Assembly: GCA_964016885.1 (NCBI GenBank)
Contig: OZ024741.1
Coordinates: forward strand, 211,544,001-211,608,000
Reading direction: 5' to 3'
Length of the DNA: 64,000 bases
DNA from: Eledone cirrhosa
Lineage: Eukaryota
Below the pieces are notes generated by a model that saw only the letters and a list, made by a program, of their open reading frames with translations, ran no database searches and was not told the DNA's origin. A program made the position numbers and the translations under genes. Position 1 is the stretch's first letter, and every line of letters starts with the position of its first letter. Below, one piece after another: positions 1-14,400 of the stretch.

Positions 1-359
1 GATAACTCTGATAAGTGATAGATAAAATTCCACTGGATATCATTTTTTTTTCTATAATAATTATGATAAATTTATTTGTGTTCCAGTAGATATTATATCG
101 ATCTAAATTACCTTCAGGTATTTCTAGAATAGTTATTTTATGGATATTTGGGCATAAAACAACAACCTGATGTGGATCAGGTTTGAAATTAAGACAGTGT
201 AGTGTCGAACAAATTATGAATAAAACATCGAGTTTGACATAACTGTTGTTTCGGTAAATAGTACAGACATTCAGTTATGGTAGAAAGAAACAATTATTTA
301 TGAGTTATTGTTTTATGCTAGTTTTTCTAAGCATTGCATCTATTGTATGAGTCTCAGAT

Positions 360-595
360 CGTAGCCCTGTTTCATGGGTATTCGGCGAATGAATCAACAC
401 GACTGCCCCTGAACAAGACTAATGTCTGTCGTATGGCTAGCCCTCACCTACCACTGGTACTAATTTTCAGCAGGGGTTAACTGAAACCACAGGAAATGGA
501 GTGGCTTGGCAAATATATGACCCATTTTCGGTCTGGGAATCGAACCCACCACCCTAAGGTTGTGAGATGAATATCTTAACCAATAGGTTGCGCAC
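360..595 (-). mobile_element. tRNA-derived SINE (CORE-like), degenerate
   Basis: Minus strand has a tRNA-like head with B-box (gggttcgattccca), followed by a decayed body; head resembles 15990-16140. Confidence 0.65.
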
Positions 596-679
596 TTTTA
601 TCACAAATATTTATGAATTAAAAAACAAGGTTTTATTGTTGAGATTGGAGGACATTATCGTCTGCTACTACCAGGGAAA

Positions 680-840
680 TTATGGCTGAATGATTAAGAT
701 GTCTTTTTAGCAATCATGAGGTGGAGTCTTCGGGCCTAATGCACGACAATTTCGTCAAGTGTCTTTTACACAGGCCCGGATCGAACCTAATCTTGTGAGT
801 GAAATTGGGTAGACGGAAACTGCATGGAATTTCATCGGAA
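680..840 (+). mobile_element. tRNA-derived SINE, octopus OR-like, degenerate
   Basis: A-box-like tggctgaatgattaag, then caagtgtcttt...cttgtgagtgaaattgggtagacggaaactg, matching my recollection of octopus SINE bodies. Confidence 0.55.
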
Positions 841-2244
841 TGATTGTACCTGTAAGTCTAAGGTTTAGTTTTGACATATGTTGTGTTGCACAGATTTGTC
901 TGTGAAATACGTGACGGATGCACGTGTATACGGGATACTCAACCACGTAAGCCTTAATTCACAAAGTGGATATCCAGTTGATGGAAAAACTAAATGTTCA
1001 CCTGTAATTTTAATGTTCAACCCTCGCCTATATTGTGTGACACTGATTTGGGTTGGGGGTTACCTGAAGGATATATATGTCTGTGGAATACTCAACCACT
1101 TACCTGTTAATTAACAAAATAGATAGATATTACGTTGGTCGAATAGCTAAATATTCATAGTGGAGAGTGACAAAGGAATCATCAAAATATGAGATCAATC
1201 GATCCACGAAAAAGAAAAGAAAGAAAGAAGACCAGAGAATAAGATTAAAACGAAGATCTACTTTGAATCGAACTTGTGATCGGAGAAGACACAGTAAGAA
1301 TGATTACTGGAAAGAGTTGGAACCACATTAGTACAGTTTGTAGTGCACAGTAGACTTTCCACTACACAAGTCATACTTAGATGATAAAGAACAAAATAAA
1401 TGAAGAAAACAAAATGACAAAATGTTTCCTTGCCATTACGATAACTCGTAACAAATTCGATATATTGATATAATTTTGCAAAAAAAAACAATACAAAAAC
1501 AAACAAACAAACAAAAACATGATAATAATAAAAAGTAAATAAAAAACAAAAAACAAAAATGAAAGATCTTTTTTTTCCCGTTATAATGTTTGCCAATGAT
1601 TCAGGGATATGAAAATATATAAAACAAAAAAATAAATAAATAAATAAAACGAAAGCAACACCAACATAAAAGAATAAAAAAAGAAAGTAACTGAAAATCC
1701 CCAGCTTTTTTGGCAAACAGCAGCAATTGAAAGGAATAAGTGAGTAAAAAGCTAAGATGGTATATCAAACTAGAGACAATTAGAAGAGAATTGAGGAAAG
1801 TTATGTAAGTAGATTATGTATAGAAAATGGCGACGGTGTTATATATCGGCGACAGTAAGTACGACAAAAAACGCGGGATAATGAGATCAGAGTGATAACA
1901 GTGAAGAAATTTGTTGCGGTAAAAAGGATGAATGACGACGGTGAAGGGGGTGTTGATGTTGGTAATGGTGCTGGTGGTGCTGCTGATGATGATCCTGGTG
2001 GTAGTGTTGGTGGTGGTGGTGGTGATGGTGGTGCTGATCCTGGTGGTAGTGGTGAGGTGAGAATATAATAAGACCGAGAATTTGAGAGCTTCGTGTGAAG
2101 ACAAAACTGACGACAATTCTCATGACAATCATCATGATGATGATAATGATTTTGATGATGATGATGATGATGATGATGTTTTAGATAATAATGATGATAG
2201 TAATGACCATATTAATAATAACAATGTCTGTATCTATAAGTATG

Positions 2245-2246
2245 AA

Positions 2247-2305
<59 letters not shown>

Positions 2306-2352
2306 TATATATACATACACAGATATATATATATACGTACACATATATGTAC

Positions 2353-2384
<32 letters not shown>

Positions 2385-2420
2385 GTACATATATATATAT
2401 ATGTATATATATATATGTAC

Positions 2421-2474
<54 letters not shown>

Positions 2475-2490
2475 ACAGATATATATGTAC

Positions 2491-2521
<31 letters not shown>

Positions 2522-2666
2522 TATAAACACAGATATATATACGTACATGTATATATATACATACATAAACGTACACATATGTGTGTTTGTGTGGTATCAT
2601 ATTACAGTTTGAAGTTAGAAGTAGATGCTGGGGAATAGTAGTGGTGTATACAGAAATGAAACGAAC

Positions 2667-2724
<58 letters not shown>

Positions 2725-2733
2725 AGAGAGAGG

Positions 2734-2797
<64 letters not shown>

Positions 2798-2830
2798 CAG
2801 AGTGAAAGGGGGGAGTGAGAGAGTGAGAAA
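2245..2830. repeat. (TA)n/(TACA)n and (GA)n microsatellites
   Basis: Directly visible; many similar (TA)n tracts occur across the window. Confidence 0.95.
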
Positions 2831-2974
2831 TTGATCGGGAATATAGGTAATATACAAGAACGTACGATAATCATATAACACATCCAAAATGGCTGATATA
2901 TTTAGTCAGAAAGCAAACATATCTAACTTAGAAAATTTTCTTTCCACAAATACTTATAATAATGAAAATTCCTT

Positions 2975-3890
2975 TACTAATAATAATTGTTTCTACTTTT
3001 GGCACAAGGCCAGCAATTATCTCAGTGCATTACTGGTACTTTATTATATCGATCCCATAAAGGCAAAGTTAACCTCGACGAATTTGAACTCAGAATGAAA
3101 AGGGTCATAACTCTATGCTGAAAAGCATAGTGTCTAACGCTCTACTGATACTCTACAAACTACTGATAATAATAATTGTTTCTACTTTTGGCGCAAGGCC
3201 AGCAATTATTCCATTGCTTTACTGGTACTATATTTTATCGACCCCGTAAGGATGAAAGGCAAAGTTAACCTAGGCAGGATTTGAAAGAACATATATTTCC
3301 TTAACTTTATGGCGCAAAGCATAGAGTCCAACGCTCTACCGAGTACTGCCAATACACAGTCCTTTTAATAATGGTTTCTGGTTTAGGCACAAGGCCAACA
3401 ATTTGAGAGAGAGGGGAAAGTCGATTAAATCGACCCCAATGCGTTACTGATACTTTATTTTATCGACCCGCTAAGGATGAAATGCAAATCTAACCTCGAC
3501 CGGATTTGAAATCATTACATACAGGGCCGTAACTCTATGCTGCAAAGCATGTAGTCCGACGCTCTTCCGACACCACCAATCCTCCGCCGTTTTGATAATA
3601 GTTGTTTCTACTTTTGGCACAAGGCCAGCAATTATCCCAGTGTATTACTGGTACTTTACTGGTACTTTATTTTATCGACCCCGTAAGGATGAAAGGCAAA
3701 GTTAACCTCTGCGGGATTTGAACTCAGACCATAAAGGGCCTTAACTCTATGCTGCAAAGCATGGCGTCCGACCCTCTGCCGATACTGCCAATCCACCGCC
3801 ATTTTGATAATAATAATAATTTCTATTTCAGCACAATGCCAACAATTTGAAGGAAAGGTGTTCTATCCCAGTGCATTACTGGTACTTTGA
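2975..3890 (-). mobile_element. Head-to-tail cluster of about 5 tRNA-derived Nin/Deu-domain-like SINEs (octopus OK-like)
   Basis: Repeated tttatcgaccccgtaaggatgaaaggcaaagttaacctc core, B-box (gagttcaaatcc on minus strand), (TTA)n tails. Confidence 0.8.
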
Positions 3891-4219
3891 TACACCAACC
3901 GACCCCATCTAATTCAGTTGAATTAGATGTCGAAGCAGTTATGAAAGAATTTAAGCAGAAACAAACATAGGGATAGATGGAAGCTCTATCATTCAATATG
4001 TAATCATGAAAGGGGAAGAGATAGGAGAGGCACCCCAATCTGAACTTGTTTATAGAAATCTTTCTGCCTTTGTCACTCTAAATATAACTTATAGCTTTAA
4101 AGAATTAGTTTTTAATGAATTCCCTTTTCTATCAACCAATGACCTCTACCCATTCCACTCCCCACCCTCTCCTACCACCTGAAAATACCTATATATACCA
4201 CTTTTATTTTTGGATACCC

Positions 4220-4270
4220 AGATTCCTGATGATTTCTAAAGAATGGAACAGTTCTAGTCCTGTAGAATCT
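4220..4270 (+). ncRNA. Type I hammerhead ribozyme, family A (GAAA mutated to GGAA, probably dead)
   Basis: agattc CTGATGA tttctaaagaat GGAA cag-ttctagtc-ctg TA gaatct; lies in a pseudo-LTR fragment (4040-4290) homologous to 50050-50330. Confidence 0.75.
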
Positions 4271-4339
4271 CATCTATAAATGTTACTCTATACGGAATTA
4301 TAGTGAGTTGCTATTTAGAATATTTAATTAGGTTTATAG

Positions 4340-6898
4340 TATTTAATTAGGTTTATAGTATTTAAATGTTTTTCGTATATCGTGATTACAGACTATGATC
4401 AATTCCTGTCTTTTATTTAATAAATAATCCTTAGATTTAGTAATTTCCAAGATCACTCCTGAACATAATTTGCATTCCTCCTGTTCTCAAGATATGGAGT
4501 TTTTTGTAGAATGGTGTTCCACGATAACTTGAAATCTATTTTTTTTCTTTTTATATTTATTTACCGCTTCAGCTAAAGATGTGGTGTTTGCTAGTTTAGT
4601 ATTGTTGAAACTACTAGAGTGTGCGTAAAATATTTTCTTAAATGTGTTTGATGTAGATCCTATATATGTTTTGTTGGAGTCTGTAGTAGACACAGTACAT
4701 TTATTTATTACATTATTAATCAAACAGTTTCCATTTACGGGGCAAATGCTTCTATTTCTGCAATTACAGCCATACGTAAGATGGTTTTGGGGGGCGCCTA
4801 TACTATTCTCATTTATGCTTGAGCTATTCCTATTGTAACTAATGATAGCAGGAGAATGAAGGTTGCTTTGTGGGTGGTTTGGTGCTAGAGTTGTATTGCA
4901 AGTTTGTGTTCTGTTGTTTTTGTGTTGGTGATTTGGGTGGTTGTGTTTTCTAGGTTGAAGGATTGTATTATTTGTCTTTTTAAAAGGTGCAGTCCTATTT
5001 AAATTATGTTGCGGTGGTGTAGTCATATTATTTTAAAGTTTATAAATGTTGTAGTTGCTTATTTTTTGTTTGAGATTGCTTGATGTAGAGTATGAGAATT
5101 TAACAGTGTATTTGTTAAATATTTGGTGGTATCTGTGGTTTGGTGGAAAATGTTTATGTAGTATTTCAAAGAATTTTGGGGGGATTTGTCCAATAGTTTG
5201 CAGCTTGAAGGGTGCGTTGTACCATGTTATGTTTCTTTTGCGGTTTTTAGTTAAGTTTTTATTATCCCTTATATTATTGTGTTGTATTCTAGAAGAATAC
5301 CTATGGTTAGTGTCCTTATTTGTAGGATTTGGTAAATTATCGTGGTTGTATTTGGTGATATTTTTGGGTAGATTATGAGATTTTGAGTGCTTGGTATTCA
5401 TATGTGGGTTGATAACATTGGTCGTAGATCGTGTAGTAATAGTTGTTGTGGTTTTTCGATTGTTTGGTGTAATAGGAATAACCACTTTAGGTATTTGTTT
5501 CAATGGTATTTGTAGTTTTTGTTAGGTTTTATGCTTTGTCCATAGTAGTGTTGGGGATATACGAGATTTTTTCTTTATATCCACTTATAGTTAAGGCCTC
5601 GTTGTAGAAGGGTGCATTATTATAAAATATATCTTCATTGGAAGTCTAAGAGATAATGTTATATACTAAGTTCTTGAGTATAAAGCCAGGGTGGTTAGAT
5701 CGTAAATGTACATAATGTAGATTCTGGTTAGGTTTGTGGTATGGTTAATAAGTATTCGTAGAGAGATCTAAGGTATCATCAAGGAAATTAGCTACTTTTG
5801 AAGTGTTTTCAAAAGTGATGCTAAGGCTGTAATAGTCCTTGAGTAATTTTCTAATTTGTTTTTTGTTCTTCTCTATATTGGAATTGCTAAGATTGTTAGA
5901 TAACAATAGATAATCATCAGGATAAAGACCACCTTTGAGGTGGGGAAAAGAGTCATGAATGTTATAGAGGAAAAATAGTCAAACGAGGTGTGTAACTTGA
6001 GCAGAGTCCATGGATCCCATCGTAATATCGAATAATTTGTTATTCTTGTCCAATATTCATCTTGGAAGTTTAGTAAGGTTTTTCCAGCGTGAGTTATGAT
6101 GTTGATTTCCTCAGTAGATAAATCCGATCTATTTCTGGCAAAGATCAGTGCTTTGTTTAAAAGGATTGGAGAAATCGAAGAATAGTAGGAATCGATGTCG
6201 AATTGAATGAATGAAGCTGAGTTTTTATTCTCAATGCTAGTAAACCATTCGATAACTTGGGAAGTGTTATCCCATAGTGGATGCGTTACACATTTTCTAA
6301 TTTGCGGAATGATACGATCAATAAACTTTTTGCTGATATTACCGATATCAGAATTTGATGGGCATATCAGTCTAATAGATGGGTTCGAGTTAAAGTCAGA
6401 TTTATGGTCTTTCATGTTGAAGTGTGGGCTTTTAGGCATGAAAGGCTCAGTCCTATCTTCAATCTGGAGCTTTTTTACTATATCACATGATATGTTGTTC
6501 AAGGATGTTAGTGCGGTGGTATTTGCTTTCTTATAGTTTTTTCTAAGTTCTTTATATATGAACTGGTTATATTTATCGATATCCATATGGTACAAGTTAC
6601 CAGTTTTGTCAGAATGGACATAGACCTTTTTCGAATTTTTCAGTTGTAGAAGGGAAGAGTCCAATCCCTTTTGGAATTCTGATTTGTGTTTTCTGAACTT
6701 TATGTTTTTAATCAAATTCAGTAGGGCGCTCTCAACATGTACCAGTTGAACATTATAAGGAGGATTTTTGAATGTTTTGAATCCATAGCGGTATTCTCCT
6801 AATAAATTGGTTAGTTTTTGTATGAGTAAGAGTAGATATTCATCTTTAGGTGGCATTGGAATATTCTTCAAAGAAGTACCCAAATTTTGTTTTTCCAT
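4340..6898 (-). mobile_element. Penelope-like element 1, decayed RT + GIY-YIG ORF (Hydra-clade-like)
   Basis: MEKQNLGTSLKNIP start, SDKTGNLY, FIQFDIDSYY, WYNAPF, CNCRNRSICP (CxCx5C), YIGSTSNTFK; frameshifted. Confidence 0.9.
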
Positions 6899-6916
6899 TG
6901 TGATATAGGAATTAGA

Positions 6917-6965
<49 letters not shown>

Positions 6966-7152
6966 GATAAATCTACCAAACATTTACGGTAGTGTCCAAT
7001 CCGTATGAAGAACTCAATGTAATCCGGATATCATGAAAAGAGAAGATGTATTCAAAAACTATTTTCGGTGAAAAATAAACGGAAAACAGAGTCAAGATAA
7101 ATTAATAAAATAATGAACAAACAAAGAAACAGTTCCTTATATTAAAAAAAAT

Positions 7153-7294
7153 TCATCATTTTACGATCGTTTCTAGGATATACATGTGTTAGAGTTGGTA
7201 TGCATATTCTATAGATCTATGTACAATATTTATACAAACTATCAGAGGGAATATACATACCTACACATATATATGCTGTCTTCAGAAATAATGA
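7153..7294 (-). ncRNA. Hammerhead ribozyme, family B (long stem II)
   Basis: tcattattt CTGAAGA [~100-nt hairpin] GAAA cgatcg TA aaatgatga; 9-bp stem I. Confidence 0.8.
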
Positions 7295-8815
7295 TATTTG
7301 TTTATTGAAAAAAACAAAGATTCAATACAATAGGTCTGTTTGGGAACAGGTTTTGAATTGACAAAACCTTGCATATAATATATCACTTAGAATTTCTAAC
7401 CTTTCGTCTAACCAAGATGTATTTGATAAAAATGCGACCTTTTATAACGAAGCTCTAGCTAGAAGTGGCCACAAAAATAAATTAGTATATGTACCTACTA
7501 CCAATAACACTACAAACATACAACCTAATATTACCAACAAACACCAAATGAAACATACACACCTAAATGCCACTCACACTATACCCCAAAACACCAACAT
7601 AAAACCAAATTTCTCTAACTCTTCTAATATACAATATAGTAACTCTAAAAAAAATACTCATCCTACAACTCTAATAAATGTTAATAATAAAACTCCTAAT
7701 AAACAAGCTAAAACACCTAAATCAATAAATCTAACTAAAAATGTGTGTGGTGAGGTCATTAACAATAATTCTCTTAATAAACATCAGGATGCATCCTATA
7801 AAAACAATAAACAACATCGAAACCGTAATAGACGAGTTACTTGGTATAATGCTCCATTTAATTTACAAATTAAGGATAATATACCTAAAAATTCTTTAAT
7901 ATCCTAGAGAAAAACTTCCCGCCAAACCACAAATACCATCAAATTTTAAATTCTCCTACTCAACAACCAAAAACATAAAACAAAATATAAGTGCCTATAA
8001 TGCATATAAATGTAAAAAAAACATGAGTATACCACCAGTATATCAAACTAACCATAATATCTCCTCAGATACAGGATTCACGAAAAGTTGTAACTGTAGA
8101 AACAAGGCAAACTGTCCATTAAAAGGAAATTGCCTTGTTAATAACATAGTATATAAATGTAAAGTTAACACTAAGGACTCAATTTATTCATATATAGGAG
8201 CTACCTCTAACAAATTTAAGGTAAGATTTAATACCCACAAACATAGTTTTAAAAATGCCGCACTAGCTAATACAACATCTCTAGCTGAAATAATTAATAG
8301 TTATAGAAAGAGGAATATAGATTATGACCTGACCTGGTGTGTGCTCAAAAGGGCCACCCCTTATCAAAATAGTAGATATGAATGTAGATTATGTTCCCAA
8401 GAACTTTTTGAAATAATGAAATCTAAGGATATCCTATTAAATAAGCGACAGGAATTAATAATATCGTGTAATCATAAACTGAGAAAAACCTTTAAATATT
8501 ATAAACCTAATTAATATACACTTTAGAAATTAGTATATAAACTGTTTTTAATTTAGTTAACCTATAATTAATATTCTACTACTGATGAACTACATAATTT
8601 TACTTTCCTTCTTACAACTATCATTTCCTAAAACTGATACGATTAAGTAAACATATATAATGCTTTAACTTCAGGTTATGACTCTATGTTCCTTGAAATC
8701 TATATATATTTATTATTTCTCACTAATAAATTTAATCCCCCCCCCAATAATTATATGTATATGTAAGTGTGTATGTGTGTGTATATATATGTATGTATGT
8801 ATGTATATATGCGAG

Positions 8816-8856
<41 letters not shown>

Positions 8857-8883
8857 GTGTGTGTATATGTGTGTGTGTATGTG

Positions 8884-8923
<40 letters not shown>

Positions 8924-9555
8924 ATTTTTATATTCTTTTAATTTCCCCTCATCATTAACAGCACTTTTCAAATGCATCTAACTCTTATTTATCATTTCTA
9001 TATGTATTACTATAATTTTATCAATATAAATATACCCATCAATTAAATTAATTTATATTCTTTTCATAGATGTATTTTTTTCACTAACACTCTTATCGTA
9101 AAACTTTAGTCTCCTTAGATATTTGCATTGGCATTACTATTTTATAACAGCAACTGCTTGCATACCTTTTACTGACCTGACCTATTTTCACCCCTAAAAT
9201 AAGCTTCAATTACTACTATTTTACCATTTGTCCAATTATTAACTTTCTATTGGTTAATTCTAAACCTCTTACCAAACAGACAGAATATATTAGATCTTTG
9301 TTGGTTTCATTCCATGAACAAATAAAATTATTTCTGAGGTCAGCATACGACCTATTTTCTTCCTTAAAATAATCCTTCATTCATAATATTCTTTTCCATC
9401 CAAAACTGAAATCTACCTTTCTCTACCCATAATTTAAGGTTCTTCTACTACTATATTACTATCTTGACCCTCACTATCTCTCTATTGGTCAATTCAAAAC
9501 CTGTTCCCAAACAGACCTATTGTATTGAATCTTTGTTTTTTTCAATAAACAAATA

Positions 9556-9697
9556 TCATTATATCTGAAGACAACATATATATGTGTAGGTATGTATATT
9601 CCCTCTGATAGTTTGTATAAATATTGTACATAGATCTATAGAATATGCATACCAACTCTAACACATATATATCCTAGAAACGATCGTAAAATGATGA
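9556..9697 (+). ncRNA. Hammerhead ribozyme, family B (105-nt stem II)
   Basis: tcattatat CTGAAGA(9565) ... GAAA(9677) cgatcg TA aaatgatga. Confidence 0.78.
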
Positions 9698-9746
9698 CAT
9701 TTTTTAATGTAAGGAACTGTTTCTTTGTTTATTCATTATTTTATTA

Positions 9747-9802
<56 letters not shown>

Positions 9803-9805
<3 letters not shown>

Positions 9806-10330
9806 GATAAATCTACCAAGAGTTTACGGTAGTGTCCAATCCGTATGAAGAACTCAATGTATTCCGGATATCATGGAAAGAAGAAATGTAATGAAAAATC
9901 ACTTTCGGTGAAAGATAAACGGTATACAGAGTCAAGATAAAATATTAAACAAATAATGAATAAACAATTCCTTATATTAAACAAAAAAAGTTCATTATTT
10001 AACGATCGTTTCTAGGATATATATGTGTTAGAGTTGGCATGCATATTCAACAGATCTATGTACAAAATTATACAAAATTATACAAACTATCAAGATTAAA
10101 TATACATACCAACACATATATACGCCGTCTTCAGAAATAATCTGAAGACGGCGTATATATGTGTTGGTATGTATATTTAATCTTGATAGTTTGTATAATT
10201 TTGTATAATTTTGTACATAGATCTGTTGAATATGCATGCCAACTCTAACACATATATATCCTAGAAACGATCGTTAAATAATGAACTTTTTTTGTTTAAT
10301 ATAAGGAATTGTTTATTCATTATTTGTTTA

Positions 10331-10339
<9 letters not shown>
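9803..10339 (-). mobile_element. ORF-less foldback PLE pseudo-LTR element carrying family B hammerheads
   Basis: About 199-bp inverted arms 9937-10135/10141-10339 with a 5-nt spacer; homologous to 6963-7294; complete ribozyme on minus strand at 9992-10141; (TA)n on both sides. Confidence 0.85.
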
Positions 10340-10393
<54 letters not shown>

Positions 10394-11030
10394 CTAGTAT
10401 TTGGAATACACGTTTTAGCCATGACAATAATGAAGTGTAATATGTAAACATCTTTTACTAGTCCTGCAAACACACAATAATAACATTTCAGCACTTTTTA
10501 TCCCCTCCTTAAAGATAAACAACCCCTCTTGATGAGGTGGCAAACATCTCTGACATGCTTTTATTGTGAGTGGACTGAGGACCAGATGAAATATTTACAC
10601 TTAATACTTCATGTTTTTCCCTCAGCGATGCTTTTAAATACAACAACGGTAGTTATATATAATCATATAAACATCAAATTTATCACATATTCGACACGTA
10701 CTTAGTTTAACTAAATAATTGAGCGAAATATTACAGTATAGATTCAATAGAAGGTGAAATTTGATTTATATTATATTAAGTGAGAACACGTATGATAATG
10801 GTGGAAATAGTGTTATATTTCCTAGATTTAAAGGTTAGAATATTTTGAAATATTAAACGTTGGGTTTGATGTAGTGAAGACATTTATAACAGTATTTGTA
10901 GATAGATGAAAGAAAAGGTCGTGATATTCTGCACATGTCTGTCTCAGTATAATGTATGTTAGTGTGTATTGATTGCAGACATGGTGAACAACATATATAC
11001 ATATACATACACATATGTATATATAAGTAC

Positions 11031-11118
<88 letters not shown>

Positions 11119-11182
11119 GTATATATATACATATACATTCACTCACACGCGTATGTATATATATATATACATACACATATAA

Positions 11183-11703
<521 letters not shown>

Positions 11704-11731
11704 GATATATATATATACATATATATACATA

Positions 11732-11782
<51 letters not shown>

Positions 11783-11894
11783 CTCACAACACAATATACC
11801 AGTTGATTGAACACTACACCATATAATCTTCTGGTACCCAATGTATCATGGCGTCATGGGATCAATCCTCAGTCAAATCCACCGTACTACAATG

Positions 11895-14210
11895 ATAACA
11901 AACAATACTAACCACACCACTATACCTAACAATACTAACCACATTAGTATACCAAACAATACTAACCACATCACTATACCAAACAATAGTAAACACACCA
12001 CTATACCAAACAATACTAACCACATCACTCTACCAAACAATACTAACCACATCACTCTACCAAACAATACTAACCACATCACTCTACCAAACAATACTAA
12101 CTGCACCACTCTACCAACCGATATTAACCACATCACTATATCAAAGACTAGTAACCACATTAGTATACCAAACAATACTAATCCCATCACTATATCAAAC
12201 AATACTAACCACATCACTATACCAAACAATACTAACCACATCACTATACCAAACACTACTAACCACATCACTATACCAAGCAATGCTAACCACATCACTA
12301 CATCAAAGAATACTAACCACATCACTATACCAAACAATACTAACCACATCACTATACCAAACAGTACTAACCACATCATTATACCAAACAATACTAACCA
12401 CATCACTATACCTAATAATACTAACCACATCAGTATACCAAACAATACTAACCACATCACTATATAAAACACTACTAATCACATTAGTATACCAAGCAAT
12501 ACTACCCACATCACTATACCAAACACTACTAACCACATTAGTATACCAAACAATACTAATCCCATCACTATATCAAACAATACTAACCACATCACTATAC
12601 CAAACACTACTAACCACATTACTATACCAAACAATACTAACCCCATCACTATACTTAACACTACTAAACACATCACTATATCAAACAATACTAACCACAT
12701 CATTATACCAAACAATACTAACCACATCACTATATCAAACAATACTAACCACATCACTATACCAAACAATACTAACCAGACCACTATACCAAACAATTCT
12801 AACCACATCACTATACCAAACAATACTAACCACATCACTATACCAAACAATACTAACCACACCAGTATACCAAACATTACTAACCACATCACTATACCAA
12901 AGAATAATAACCACATCGCTATACCAAACAATACTAACCACATCATTATACCAAACATTACTAACCGCATCACTATACCAAACAATACTAAACACATCAC
13001 TATACCAAACAATACTAACCACATCACTATACCAAACACTACTAACCACATCACTATACCAAACACTACTAACCACATTACTATACCAAACAATACTAAC
13101 CCCATCACTATACCTAACATTACTAACCACATCACTATACCAAACAATACTAACCACAATACTATACCAAACAATACTAACCCCATCACTATACCTAACA
13201 CTACTAACCACATCACTATACCAAACACTACTAACCACATCACTATACCAAACACTACTAACCACATTACTATACCAAACAATACTAACCCCATCACTAT
13301 ACCTAACATTACTAACCACATCACTATACCAAACAATACTAACCACAATACTATACCAAACAATACTAACCCCATCACTATACCTAACACTACTAACCGC
13401 ATCACTATACCAAACAATACTAAACACATCACTATACCAAACAATACTAACCCCATCACTATACCTAACACTACTAACCACATCACTATACCAAACAATA
13501 CTAACCACATCACTATATCAAACAATACTAACCACATCATTATACCAAACAATACTAACCACATCACTATATCAAACAATACTAACCACATCACTATACC
13601 AAACAATACTAACCACACCACTATACAAAAAAACTCTAACCACATCACTATACCAAACAATACTAACCACATCACTATACCAAACAATACTAACCACATC
13701 ACTATACCAAACAATACTAACCACATCACTATACCAAACAATACTAACCACATCACTATACCAAACAATACTAACCACATCACTATACCAAACAATACTA
13801 ACCAAATCACTATACCAAACAATACTAACCACATCACTATACCAAACATTACTAACCGCATCACTATACCAAACAATACTAAACACATTAGTATACATAA
13901 CAATACTAACCACATCACTATACCGAACAATACTAACCACATCACTATACCAAACAATACTAACCACATCACTATACCAAACATTACTAACCGCATCACT
14001 ATACCAAACAATACTAAACACATTAGTATACCAAACAATACTAACCACATTACTATACAAAACATTACTACCCACATCACTATACCAAACAATACTAACC
14101 ACATCACTATACCAAACAATACTAACCACATTACTATACAAAACATTACTACCCACATCACTATACCAAACAATACTAAACACATACTAATCACATCAGT
14201 ATACCAAACA
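11895..14210. repeat. 27-bp minisatellite, about 85 units (ccacatcactataccaaacaatactaa)
   Basis: Directly visible period of 27; 189-bp higher-order duplication (13071 vs 13260). Confidence 0.95.
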
Positions 14211-14214
14211 CTAA

Positions 14215-14400
14215 TTTCAAATTTAGGCAGAAGGACAGCAATTTGAAAGTCGTTAAATCGATCCCGATGCGCTGATTGTTATTTGATTTTATCGATCTGG
14301 GAAGGATGGAAAGTAATGTTAACCATGGCGGAGGTTGAACTCAGAAAAGTAACGAGCTGAAAGGAATATTGCTATGTATTTGTCAGTTCTAACGACTTAC
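14215..14400 (-). mobile_element. Degenerate Nin-domain-like SINE
   Basis: ttttatcgatctgggaaggatggaaagtaatgttaacc...ttgaactcagaa. Confidence 0.6.

Larger units (their letters stand above)
6963..9752 (+). mobile_element. Penelope-like element 2: inverted pseudo-LTR (6963-7362), 5'-truncated ORF (about 7365-8514), 3' UTR/pseudo-LTR; flanked by (TA)n
   Basis: YNEALARSG, WYNAPF, CNCRNKANCP, YIGATSNKFK, CRLC; about 7097-7360 is the reverse complement of about 9490-9752. Confidence 0.9.

Noticed and set aside
1258-2135. Possible host exon or promoter (MTCVVESLLC ORF, YY1-like aaaatggcg at about 1824)
   Set aside because: No recognisable protein family or convincing splice sites; the ORFs derive from low-complexity sequence; would need RNA-seq
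12283-14194. 635-aa and 571-aa ORFs
   Set aside because: By-products of a 27-bp (multiple of 3) repeat that is open on both strands
11895-14210. CRISPR-like array
   Set aside because: Contiguous repeats without unique spacers, no cas genes, eukaryotic context
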